DNA of 62,458 nucleotides, counting the filler, from Basidiobolus ranarum (lineage: Eukaryota), in the NCBI GenBank assembly GCA_040143965.1. It is 22 parts of 22 records of this genome, joined end to end, with 100 filler letters (N's around TTAATTAATTAA, not from the genome) between each part and the next. Parts side by side here need not be neighbours in the genome. Positions count along the whole stretch, not along the records: positions 48,391 to 51,125 come from JASJQH010009897.1; positions 51,226 to 53,959 come from JASJQH010009898.1; positions 54,060 to 56,792 come from JASJQH010009899.1; positions 56,893 to 59,625 come from JASJQH010009900.1; 18 more parts are not named here. One strand, 5' to 3'. This document shows positions 48,399 to 59,725 of the stretch, piece after piece. Under the pieces are notes generated by a model. It was not told the origin of the DNA, did not search any database, and saw only the letters and a program-made list of their open reading frames with translations. How positions within the stretch are numbered: position 1 is the stretch's first letter; each line of letters begins with the position of its first letter. The position numbers were made by a program, and so were the translations under genes.

Positions 48399-51125
48399 GA
48401 TAGGAGTCCTTGTAAAATATGATGGCATCTTGACATTTTCAAGCATTCTCCAAATCAATTAAAACTTTGATGACATCCTGAATGGCTCATTTATATTGAA
48501 TTTTTACTATATAGCTGAGTAAGTAGTATCAGAATATTGTTGAATAGTCTGTGCATAGTGCCTAATGGGAAGCTCTGGCTCCAGCTGATCCCCTTTGGCG
48601 ATATAAACTTAGGCTTACAAAATCTACAGCAACATGGTGCATTGGGCCTGCAAAAACCTCCAAGTTTAATGATGGCATTAGTGTCACCAATACATACAAT
48701 GATATTAGCTTTGATAAACTATTCACTCATCTGAGCCCCATTAAATAACTATTCAGATTCCACAATCAAAGGCTCCAAGAAGCAATCTATTAGTACTAGT
48801 AATTTAGGTCCAGATATGATGGATAGCATCAAAACATTATGATTCTTATACTATTCAGAAGGAGGAAGATTCAAGTTAATTAAATTTTTTAGCCAGCAAG
48901 CCTTTCCAATTGTATATTTGTTTAGTGAGAAACCATTCAGAGCCAATGCATGATTGTATGTGTTCTCAAAGAAACCTTAACTTTTCAGATTCTGGCAGGG
49001 ATATCCACCAAGTGTATTGGTAATAACATCAACTTTATGGTGAGTACTATGGTATTGGATCAATAATCTATATTAGAGTGATTTCATCAAAACTTTAAGA
49101 CAGGGAATCAATGGTATGAAAGCCAAATATGGACAATATTTACCTGATTCAGTGATTGCCAATTGTGTGCAAACAGTACATGATTTCAGGTTTTTCAGAT
49201 CACCGGTGAAAGCCAAACAACCATCTTGATATAAAGGTAGTTTTATTACTGACAGATTATAAGTCATATAATTGACAAGTGTTTTCCCCTTGTACCAGGT
49301 CTGTGGCAAGCAACATTTGTCATTCAATTGTGGTAAAAGTGTAAGAAAAACAATAAACACCAGGTTGTTAAGATTGAATTGAACTCTCCACTCCTCAATA
49401 ATCAAAGCTGCTTCCTTTACTGTAAGTGTTATGAGTGGACTAATGTTTGCCAATAACAAAGAGTCCAAAACAAAACTGTTGTCTTCTTCTTCAACTTCTG
49501 ATATACTGCCATCAGTGCTGGAATAAACAAGGTCAACATCTGACAGCATGTGCCCAACATTGTCTGGTCTTACTGGTTTGATCAAAGTTGCGTTTCTACC
49601 TAAATCATTCTGGTCATAAAACTGTGGTAACTCCATGGCATCTTGACTTTTGGCAGTGTTACCAAAACTTTGAGGCAAAGCACAGCCAGTGGACTCAGTG
49701 AGTAAAACTAAAGTTGTTTTTGTGCACTTATTACAGTTGATATTCTGCTGGCTTGGTGCAGCTGATGGCTTTGTGCAGTGACTGTGCTTGTGATGCCTTT
49801 TTGAAGCCCCTGTCTTTCATAGCACAAGAATTTGTGACAATATTAGCAGGATCTTTAAACATCTGTGTTGCAGTATGACAAGGATATTGTAGAAAAAGAA
49901 CACCTCCTATGTAGGGGTGGTATTTCAGGTATAGCCTATCAAAATTATCAGCTGATTCTGAGATGGTGCCACAGAGGAGTTTTCAGGGGATTTACAAGAT
50001 ATTTCTGGTAATAGATGGCAAGTTTGGTTTATTATAAGCTGTTTCTCAGCAATTTCACTACACAAAGTTTACCATCTGAAAATTTCATTGCCATTTAAAA
50101 GAATTCAAAAGCAAAATCAAAATTGGCTTTCAAGCAAAAGCCTGCTGGTGCAAAAGGAAAAAAACTAGCAAGAACAGAGGGCTTCATTGATGAGCAGTCT
50201 AGCAATCCACTATATACTCTGGAAGGCATTAACATGCCAGAAACATACTGAAGTAATGATGAAGCATTGACCAATTTACCTGATGTGTTCCTTTCTAGCA
50301 ATAGTTCAAGTGATGGGATTGTAATCCCCCAATTACGTAGTAATTGAATAGTTGAGCAAAGTTTAACAGAAACACCATCAAGACCATCAACCTCCAAAAT
50401 GGCTACTTTGCCAACTATTGGGCAACCCTCTGTAGAAGAGTTGGACAGAATTATTGTAACAACAAACTACAGGCAAACACTTTAATAATTTGTATGTAAT
50501 CATAAGTAAAAGCTACAAATTTGCTATACAGACCATGACAAGCAATAATGCTGCAGTATTGCAATCAATGCAGCATTTGAAAGCAACTAGTCAGCAGTTA
50601 GAAAGTAACTCAATGATGATATAAGATCTTCTGAATGCTGTACTTGAGCTACAGTGACATTCTGCACCCACCATCAGTTCTCATATAGGATTTTGATCAA
50701 TCCCACACCATACATATGAATGTCACCATGACAATCTAGCAGAGCAGAATATGTGTTGGACCATTAAGCCTACACAACGACCCAAAATTGCTTGGGCACA
50801 TGAAAGTAGAAATCTCATAGGAAAACCGGCAAACCAAAAGACTCTGAATGTCAGAGCTGCCGTCACTTGCTCTGATGATGAGTGGTTTAACATTTTGGAA
50901 ACTGTGCGGAATCTTGCCCGAAATCACCTGGATTTGAGTCAATCGTGGAAAAACCAAAAACCAGGCGTTACTCTGAAGGTTCTTGACTTATTTCATGTGG
51001 CTTATCCTGGGTTTTTGCAAGCAAATGGCAATTGGGCTAGTATAGGCCTATTCATGAAACATCTCAAAAATGTACGCAATTATCGACTTGGAAAAGAAAG
51101 AAAAGCAGCTAAAGAAGTACTGAAG
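48399..51125. mobile_element. Second copy of the CACTA-type core: transposase (minus, ~48399-49900) and divergent ORF2 (plus, ~50088-51125)
   Basis: Colinear with 11412-14162; the contig starts with a TGTTAGGG terminus, probably of another inserted copy. Confidence 0.87.
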
Positions 51126-51225
51126 NNNNNNNNNNNNNNNNNNNNNNNNNNNNNNNNNNNNNNNNNNNNTTAATTAATTAANNNNNNNNNNNNNNNNNNN
51201 NNNNNNNNNNNNNNNNNNNNNNNNN

Positions 51226-51920
51226 TTGCCCTTCAGAGGTGGCCCTACATACAGATATAAAATTTTTAGCAATATCTGGAACATGTAGTACATCCTTAAA
51301 AGTATATACTTTCTCTTCAGAGGCTCCAGTTAAATTGACTTGAATTGTTCCCAATTCAACAGCATCCAATGTGTGGTCATCTCCCATGAACACCTTTCCA
51401 ATTGGAATTTATTCATAGTTCACAAACCTATGTTTTTCATTTGTGAAGTGTTGGGAAGCTCCAGAATCAATATACCACATCTTAGAATCCTTGTTGGTAG
51501 CCATAGATAGAGCAGAAATGAACAAGTGATCTTCTGTTGTTACCATATTTCCAGATTCAGTATGTTTTTCTTCCTTTGGAATTCTTTTAAAGAAATCTTT
51601 GCTTAAATGGCCAGTTCCTTTACAGTAATCACAGAATATGTCACTTTTCTTCTTAAAGTGCCTTTGACCTTTATAGGAAGGTTTCCCATGGCCTGTTACT
51701 GCATTTTCCTAACTCTTTTGGTTGAGTCCTCATTTGTGTAAATCTTGATCCAGAAGTATGCCAAGTATATAATTTAATGTCAAATTTTCAATTCTTGATT
51801 CTAGTGCCATTACTAGGCTCTGAAACTCATGTGGCAGGCTATTCAGGACTCTAACTATGATATCTCAACCAGTGGTAGGTACTCCAATGCATTCCATTTC
51901 ATCTACTAAAACAATGACTT
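51226..51920 (-). mobile_element. Copia gag/protease remnant
   Basis: Decayed zinc knuckle CDYCKGTGHLSKDF, WYIDSGASQHF protease motif, VLHVPDIAKNFISV. Confidence 0.9.
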
Positions 51921-53269
51921 ATATATCCCAATCAAATTGATTTTATTTTTGTTAGAATAGAAAGAAGTTTTCTGGAGCTAACAAGGAAGAGAATGTGCAT
52001 ATATTAATGCTTGATTGCTTTCTAGCAAGTGGTTTACAATAACAAGTCTCATTGTGCTTAGATGTCAAAAATTGATTATAGAATTGCTATGGCATCAGCA
52101 GTAATCATGAATTTTGTAGAATTTAATAAAGTTTTGTAATTAATGTATGTGCAAGCAATAAGTTCCTATCAGTGATTAGATCCAATCATGTGGCTAATTT
52201 GAGAGGCTAAAGATGGTTTTCTTAAAAACCTTTGTTTTCCCATAAGCCTATGTTACAGACATGACTGCTTTGTGACTTATCTGAAGCTAGCATCATAACT
52301 TTGCAATCATAGTGCTTCATAGTTCTTTAGAATCTTGTAGCTTACTGTTTACCTATCCTAAGATTTGTACCTGATGAGATAGTATTAATGCTGCTTGTAA
52401 TGATAGAATTGTTGCTTCTTTACGTCGCTCTTTTGTACATTTTTCTTATTTCAAGTAATGCTATTGATTCAAATGCTGCAACAGGTAGATGCACTCCAAT
52501 TGATCTGGCTAGAAAGAAATAATTGACTATGTCAAACACCTTTAACCAGGTATATGAATCAGTATATTTAATAAATAGTAGTCATAGGTCAATAGGCCAA
52601 AGAGTATACACTCTAGATACTATATTAAAAGATAAATGATTTCAATATTTGAAGATCTTGTGGCACCATATTGTATGAGCTTAGATTAGCTTTCAGCCAT
52701 TCCAAAACTCATTGCTTTGAGTAGATCAGGATCATTGGATGGAGCAAAGCAATAGTGTATTTATCAAGCTACTCTGACAGCATGCAATAGCTCAGGCAAC
52801 AAAAAGCAGATAACTCATTCATTGTCACTTTAACATATGATGTTGAAAATCCAATAGGTGGTTGAATGTTTGGATAAAAAGTGGCCAGATATCTAGCAAA
52901 ATTGCCATGAATTACCTATTCATTAATAGACATTTTTTACAACTCTTACCCTGGGTTCCTCAGGGTCAATTGTCATTGGGAAACTATTGATATCTGTATG
53001 AAGCATGTGTGGAATGCCATGTATTGCCAATGAAGACAGCTCTCTGGGCAAGATAAGTCAGCAATTACCTATCAGTGTAAGATTCACTCTACCTTGAAAA
53101 AACTTCATCTGGAGTGCACATATGGAACTGTAAGCTATTTTAATCTGCTAATAAAACGTTACAGGAAATATATTGATCTTCACACCATTAATCAAACCAT
53201 GTAACTCTTATCAGAATATATATGATCTATATATTCAAAAGTGAGTACTTTGTCTTGTGAAGATCTCTC

Positions 53270-53588
53270 ATGGAAGCTCACCTGTCATCCTCAAATAACT
53301 CCCTTTGTATTGGCCCTTGAAGTTGCCAACACCTCAAGACATGAAATTGCCACAATATGTCCATTATTAAGCACATTATGCTTCACTATGCAATATCCAT
53401 ATGAGCTCCCTATTTTCCTTGATCAGACTTCAGTCTGATCATTGCCAGTTATAAATAATGATTCTTGCCCAAGTATCTTCCATGTCCAGTCTTGTCTTGT
53501 CTGGCCTTGTGGTCTACACCCTAATATCCTCCTGCTTTCTAGCCTCTTGTCCCTACTTCTAGTCCTTGTCTAGCACCTTATTGTGACA
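53270..53588 (+). repeat. Partial Gypsy LTR, family F (3' half)
   Basis: Similar to 44060-44379 and ends CTTATTGTGACA; start coordinate approximate. Confidence 0.75.
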
Positions 53589-54059
53589 AGATGAATGGTC
53601 CAGTAGAATGATAAATTGGCAGGTTGCAAAACAGTTTTTCCAAATTGCAAATCAGTTTTCATGCCAATTTGTGATTGGATTGCAACTGCCAATTGAATTT
53701 GAGTCAATCTTGTGTTGATTTCTATCCAGGATTTAAACTTGCAACTTTTATCAGGTTATGTGCATATTGTAATCAATATTATTCAAATATCTCTCAAAAT
53801 CAATTTTTCTAGCTTGTTTCTTTACAATGTTCCAAAAAGATTACATGTCTTGAGCATATATCTTGGATGTAAAGCAATATATCTTGAGTGATATATATAA
53901 GACCATTGATTGTCTGAGAAATGCTACTATTGGTTAAAGTAAGCAGCCACCATGAAAGTNNNNNNNNNNNNNNNNNNNNNNNNNNNNNNNNNNNNNNNNN
54001 NNNTTAATTAATTAANNNNNNNNNNNNNNNNNNNNNNNNNNNNNNNNNNNNNNNNNNNN

Positions 54060-54374
54060 GTGACATCGTCAAACATTGGCTTGGAGGCTGTCCATGCAAG
54101 GGAGAATTCATATGACTATGATATTGCCTTGTTGGACATTCACATGCCGATAATGGACGGGGTCGAAGCTGGTCGTATGATGCGAGAGAAACTATGTTTT
54201 GAGGGACAAATTATTGCACTCACTGCCAATACCACCTCGGAGTATCGCCAGGCCTGTATTGATGCAGGATTTGATGCCTTTGCTCCAAAACCTATTGAAG
54301 AAAAGAAACTACTAAACATCATGATGCAAAATAATGGCAAACCATTTGGCAGCACTAAGTTTCAGGGAATTTGA
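54060..54374 (+). CDS. C-terminal receiver domain, likely of a hybrid histidine kinase (5' truncated)
   Basis: YDIALLDIHMPIMDG, IIALTA and CIDAGFDAFAPKPI motifs. Confidence 0.9.
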   Translation: MTSSNIGLEAVHARENSYDYDIALLDIHMPIMDGVEAGRMMREKLCFEGQIIALTANTTSEYRQACIDAGFDAFAPKPIEEKKLLNIMMQNNGKPFGSTKFQGI

Positions 54375-55512
54375 TTAAGTATTGTGGTTAACTCTATCAG
54401 TTTTGTGACATTTCTTAATCTAACAGTGTACATATTTCAACTATCATTATTATTAATTTGACCCTGTTCATTTCACTTTTTAGCTCACTACTACATTTTA
54501 TATAGGTAAATGTCAGTGTATGCCATATTCCAGACTGACTTGCAAAACAAATGCTTCAGCATCGTCACATTGTTTAATAAAGGATAACGAATGACAATAT
54601 GCATAGAGTTGTGTGTTCAGAAATAATCGCTAGTTTCAATCAAACCTTCAAGGATCGAGTCGTCGCACAACCCAATTATGGTCCAGTGTTTAGAATTGGA
54701 CCTAAATGAGCAAAATCCAAATCAAACCTCAGACCGGGCTTTCAATACGAAGCATATCTTGGGTGAGAAAATTGTAAAGTATATATAGGTATGGTTAGAA
54801 TCCTATTTGTCACGGGCTGCTCCAACATTCTGAATAGTGGGTTCTGTTGCTTTTCAATATAGATTTAGTTTGATTAATCTTACACGGAATCACCACCTCT
54901 TTGTGCAGATGAATGGAAATATGTTTATATATATAAATAGATAATCCAATTAACATAGATAGATTTGGGATTTTGCGATGTTTTCGACTCTAAAGGCAAT
55001 CATTTAATCTACCTAAATTAGGTGTAATTGGCAACCCTTTCATTGAACCCTTCCAAGTGAGAATTCGGCACCTCTATATTTGTTGCTAGTAAGTTTAGAT
55101 AGTGTCAATGGGTGCTACTGTTTGTTGCACACCGCAACGTACTAATATAACCTATTTCAAGAATCTATGTGCACCCTTATTGTTGGCTTGCTTAAACCTT
55201 AATAATCTGAATCAAATGAACCAAAGACCAATGACAACAACGAGCGACAAACCGTTGTGGTGGCTAAACCCCATTTGGAAGGACTACAAACACAGGAGGA
55301 AGAGCAGCCTCTGAGCTTCATTCAGTCCATCGAAAACTCGATTCGTATATTGCCAGCACATTACTAATTAGACTTCGTGCAATGCATCTAGTTGATCGCA
55401 TGATCTAGTGTTTTCCATTTTGCTAGATATATAATATGAGCGAGATTGTTTGAGATACGTTTTGAAATTTTGAACTGAGCTATTACCCAATGTCAAACTT
55501 TGATTTTGATTA

Positions 55513-56792
55513 ATGGAAATACCGCCTATAACACGAAAGAGCTCCAATGGGGCTACATTTTTCGACATTTTAAATAACGATGAGATACTGGATGAGAAGA
55601 CTGGTGGAAGTTATAATGAACCTCACAGTGCGAGTGATACTTTAAAGAGAATACGTTCTTGCCGACATCGAAAAATCTTCTTCATTTGCCTGGCCTGGCT
55701 TATTGTTATCATAGCTCTTAGTAGTGTATTATTCCATTACTCATTGCAGCGAGACCGAAATCAGATTCAAAATCAGTTTAATATGAACTGTCTACAAAAC
55801 ACCAACTTGCTGAAGACTGCTTTGTCCCAACTTATTGACGAATTGAATAACCACGTTTATTTCGTGAGTTCTATCAAGCAAGATATGACTTTCGAAATGT
55901 TTTCCACTTTTTCTAAATACGCTACAAAAGATAGCTTGGACTACTCATTAGCATGGGTAATTTATTTTCATTTATCAGCAACTCTGCTAGTATTGACTTT
56001 TTCGTATTAAGGAACCGCAAGTCAAGCAGAGTGAGAGGGCGGCCTGGGAAGAAATCAACAACTTGCGCATATCAAATCATCCATCAACAACCAACAATTC
56101 TGATCAGTCTCAACTCGTATACTACCCGATACTTTATGGAATCGATTATAATGACGATTATATCGGTATCTATAGTCACTACCTTCATTTCCATACTAAA
56201 AGCAACTAACACACTCTCTTAGGAATCGATATTTTACGCGCTGATCAAACGGGCACCGTTCAAAAGGCTTTGGGGACATTAAAAACCGCAGTCTCGCCGA
56301 TAAGACCATTTCCCATCACAAATGTAAATGGATTCAGTATTTATTTGCCAGTATTGCGAGACCATAACATAACTGACAAAGGTGAATACGATATTATCAA
56401 GAACAATGACACCTTACTACACGAAAATGTCCTAGGATTGATCAGTATTAGCATAAGGATTGATACTGTACTGAAAAATACTACTCGTCTTTTTGATGGA
56501 ACCATTATTCGACTAGTTGATAATACTGATAATGGCAGCGTCATCTACAGTGAGGTAGAAGGCAATTCTGTCTCCAAAGATATTAGCGTATCTTCACAAA
56601 AGGTACCATTTGGTGATAGAGAATGGGAAATTATGTGCTACTCATCTAAAGCATCCCACTTCTTAAGTAAAACCCAAAACCTTCTTTTCTTCGCGATCAT
56701 TCTCTGCATTCTCTTCTCCACCACTCTGCTATTTGTCTTGACGAAGAAGTATTACTCTGCCAAAGAACTGATTTCTCGAGGTAGCAAAATGC
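55513..56792 (+). CDS. CHASE-domain membrane sensor, likely N-terminus of a hybrid histidine kinase; exons 55513-55956, 56012-56165 and 56223 to contig end
   Basis: TM1 (IFFICLAWLIVIIALSSVLF), spliced LAW|EPQVKQSERAAWE, YYPILY, G|IDIL...KAL.T...AVSP, GFSIYLPV, FGDREWEI, then TM2. Two GT-AG introns restore one frame. The kinase domain itself is beyond the contig end. Confidence 0.82.
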
Positions 56793-56892
56793 NNNNNNNN
56801 NNNNNNNNNNNNNNNNNNNNNNNNNNNNNNNNNNNNTTAATTAATTAANNNNNNNNNNNNNNNNNNNNNNNNNNNNNNNNNNNNNNNNNNNN

Positions 56893-57716
56893 CTCAAAAC
56901 AATTCCTCCAGCACTGTTGCGGATGGTGTTGTAGCGGATTGTAGCCTTACTGGACTTGACAGAAATGATTTCTGGGTCACCATCACATGATTCAAATAGG
57001 TTGTATTGAACATTGGCACCGGCTTCGGGGCCATTAGGGAAATTTGGATGAGTATTTCCTAATGCGATAGCTTCACCACCATTGTCGGAGGCAGGAATAA
57101 GGTCATGGAAGTAAGAACGATCAATTTGCAAGTTGGTAGCAATAGGGACTGTCTTGGAGGCTCCATTGGAAGCCATGATAATTGGTGAACCCTGGCCTCG
57201 CTTTGGTCCAAATTCACAACGATCAATACGAACTGAATCTGAAGTAGATTTGACTACAAGCCAATCGTGATTTTTTCCATCGGTGGGATCTCTAATCTTG
57301 AATGAAGATCTTGTGATACGGCAACTCTGGCAACCTTCAATTTCAATTCGTTGACCTGAGCCACTGAAGGTGAAGCCATCAAGCACTACATACGAATTGT
57401 CCCTGAATTTGAAATCTTTGGTGAGAACAGCCTTACCAGTATTCTTAGCACGGATCACAATTGGTGCTTTCTGAGTTCCTTTAGCATTACGAATGTCACC
57501 AAGAGCACTATAGTCACCATCGTTTAGAATGAAACATGAACCAGGTTTAGCCTTTCCGAGTTTAGCGACAAGGTCCTTAACATTGCCTATTGGTAGTGTT
57601 TGGACGCATGATGGAAGTGGGTCATTCAGGATGTCACTTTTGGGGATGGCAGCATTGGCAGTGAAGAAGACTGTCGCAAGTACGGTGCTTGCAAGGAGGG
57701 TAGATAGATGAACCAT
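56893..57716 (-). CDS. Secreted polysaccharide lyase family 6 (alginate lyase/chondroitinase B-like beta-helix), 3' truncated
   Basis: Signal peptide; AKPGSCFILNDGDY, GTQKAPIVIRA, NGGEAI.LG and NLFESCDGDPEIISVKS..ATIRYNT motifs; intronless. Confidence 0.88.
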
Positions 57717-59725
57717 AATGAATATGGTTTATGAGAAGAGGCATGTATGGCTATTTATGTGGGTTATTAGGTGGCTGTTTGCTGATTGTACAAGGTCAGA
57801 ATGATGTATTGTGCTCAAACAACCCAATGAAAAAGAAAATGGATCCAGAGACTTGTACAGGTACTACTATAGCAAACTTCCATACACCTAAACCTTATTA
57901 ACTAAAGCTCATGATTTCTTTTCACAGTGACCGAGATTATATAGGTACTTATTTTGGGCTGATATTCTGCAGTTGGAATAGGTGAATACAGTTTACACAA
58001 TTGATTTGATTACAGGGGTGTAACGTAACTGAGTAGAACTGTTAGCACAATACAAGTTGAAGATCCTTGGTAATCTTAGAGTAACGGCATATCTTGAATA
58101 CCATCACTACAATGTAAAGAGTTGAACTACTCTGCGCATGAACAATCTTTGTTTCCCAAATTGTAAAGATTGCAGTGATTTTCCATATAGAAGGATCAGC
58201 CATGTTAATGGAAAATTTGAGCTGATTTCACACGTTGCCTATAACGCTTGTTACACGGCAAAATCGTCATCATTGATGCCAATGAAAGTTGGGGGAAAAT
58301 CAAAACAAATATCCGAAATAGGACAACTATTTCAAGTGCCGGGTTCAAGTATTTCATTTAGATAATCATAGAGACAAAGTAAAATAGGGCCTTAGCACAT
58401 CAAAATCCGATTAAAAACAATTATTGAATGCAATAATGAGTGATGTTATCAATTGATTGGTAACAAAAGAATTACGTAAATAGTAATTGTGATTCTAGTT
58501 ATAAACACTCAGTCTATGAAGCATATATATTACTGCAGGTAATGATGCAGCTTAAAGGGGGAAACTTGGGCCAACATCCTTGGGGGTTAATAGATTACCC
58601 ATGATAGGGAGTTTAGTTTATGTTTATTGGTACCAATACCAGGTTTGCTATGAAGCGTATAGATAACATCAACTAAATCGCATGATGTAATATTCATCCC
58701 AACAAAGTTAATATATCCATTTGAGTGTTGTCTCACAAGCTTAATTATCTAGAATTCACAGAGCATCTGGCCTAAGTATGTAGTAAACGCCTTCTACCAT
58801 GACATAGCATATCTCTGCTACTTTTTATGTTCAAGAGAATGATAATATGAACTAAGTGTTTGTATATTCTGCACATCGTTGCCAATGATCATTTATCATA
58901 TGATCTCACAGTCAATCTGTACTACCCTAAGGTTTGCTCGAGGCTATTACTCAAGTCTATGGGGTACAGTTACATTTCCTCCAAAACCTGTTGCTTCATA
59001 AGTTACTGTTCCGTGGACATCTTTCTTATGGACTCCTCTACCTGAATATATTCATATAGCGACTTGGCTTGTATGAGGATAGACTCAGTCTACGCGTCAA
59101 CTTCTACACTCCCGCCTAAGTAAAAAGAAATAGTGGAGACTGAGACTTTTATTTGCTGTGCTTCCTTCTCGCGTTACGCAACTTGGTTCTGTGGTCATTT
59201 GCACCTCTATGGTCTGTGAATATTTAGGTCTCACGAAACTCATAGTCCGCTTTTTCCACCAATTCATCCTCTATGTATCCAGTTTTGCTTTTATTTCTTC
59301 TTTCTTTGGCAAATGACCCTTTATTCATGTATGCCCAAGTTACACACTCCTATATTCTTAGCGCTTGCACAAGCCACTTTGTATTCAGCCCTCTCGAATG
59401 GAGAGCACAATCTATTTAATACTCCGATCGTCTAGCTATTAGGTTGTATTGTAATTGGCATCCTATTTAGCCTTGAAAGATTCTACTGTTTCCACGGCTA
59501 TAACAATACTATTTAACTCTAGCAGAATGTTGGCCATCTTTACTACTAGATATTCTTCCAATGGGCTAGGTAAGTATGGTGTTTACACGCACTAGACTCT
59601 GCCGGTTCTGTACGCGGTAATTCATNNNNNNNNNNNNNNNNNNNNNNNNNNNNNNNNNNNNNNNNNNNNTTAATTAATTAANNNNNNNNNNNNNNNNNNN
59701 NNNNNNNNNNNNNNNNNNNNNNNNN

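Noticed and set aside
51960-53260. Possible additional decayed transposase
   Set aside because: CpG-poor like the TEs, but I could not recognise any diagnostic motif.
2922-57716. A metal-handling or biosynthetic gene cluster (MTs + oxidases + repeat peptide + NRPS + transporter + kinase)
   Set aside because: The genes lie on different length-sorted contigs, so adjacency across spacers is not evidence of linkage.
2756-59725. Regularly spaced TTAATTAATTAA palindromes as a CRISPR-like or biological repeat
   Set aside because: They are always centred in 88 Ns at contig joins, so they are an assembly linker. ORFs ending in XXX-LIN or XXX-N are artefacts.
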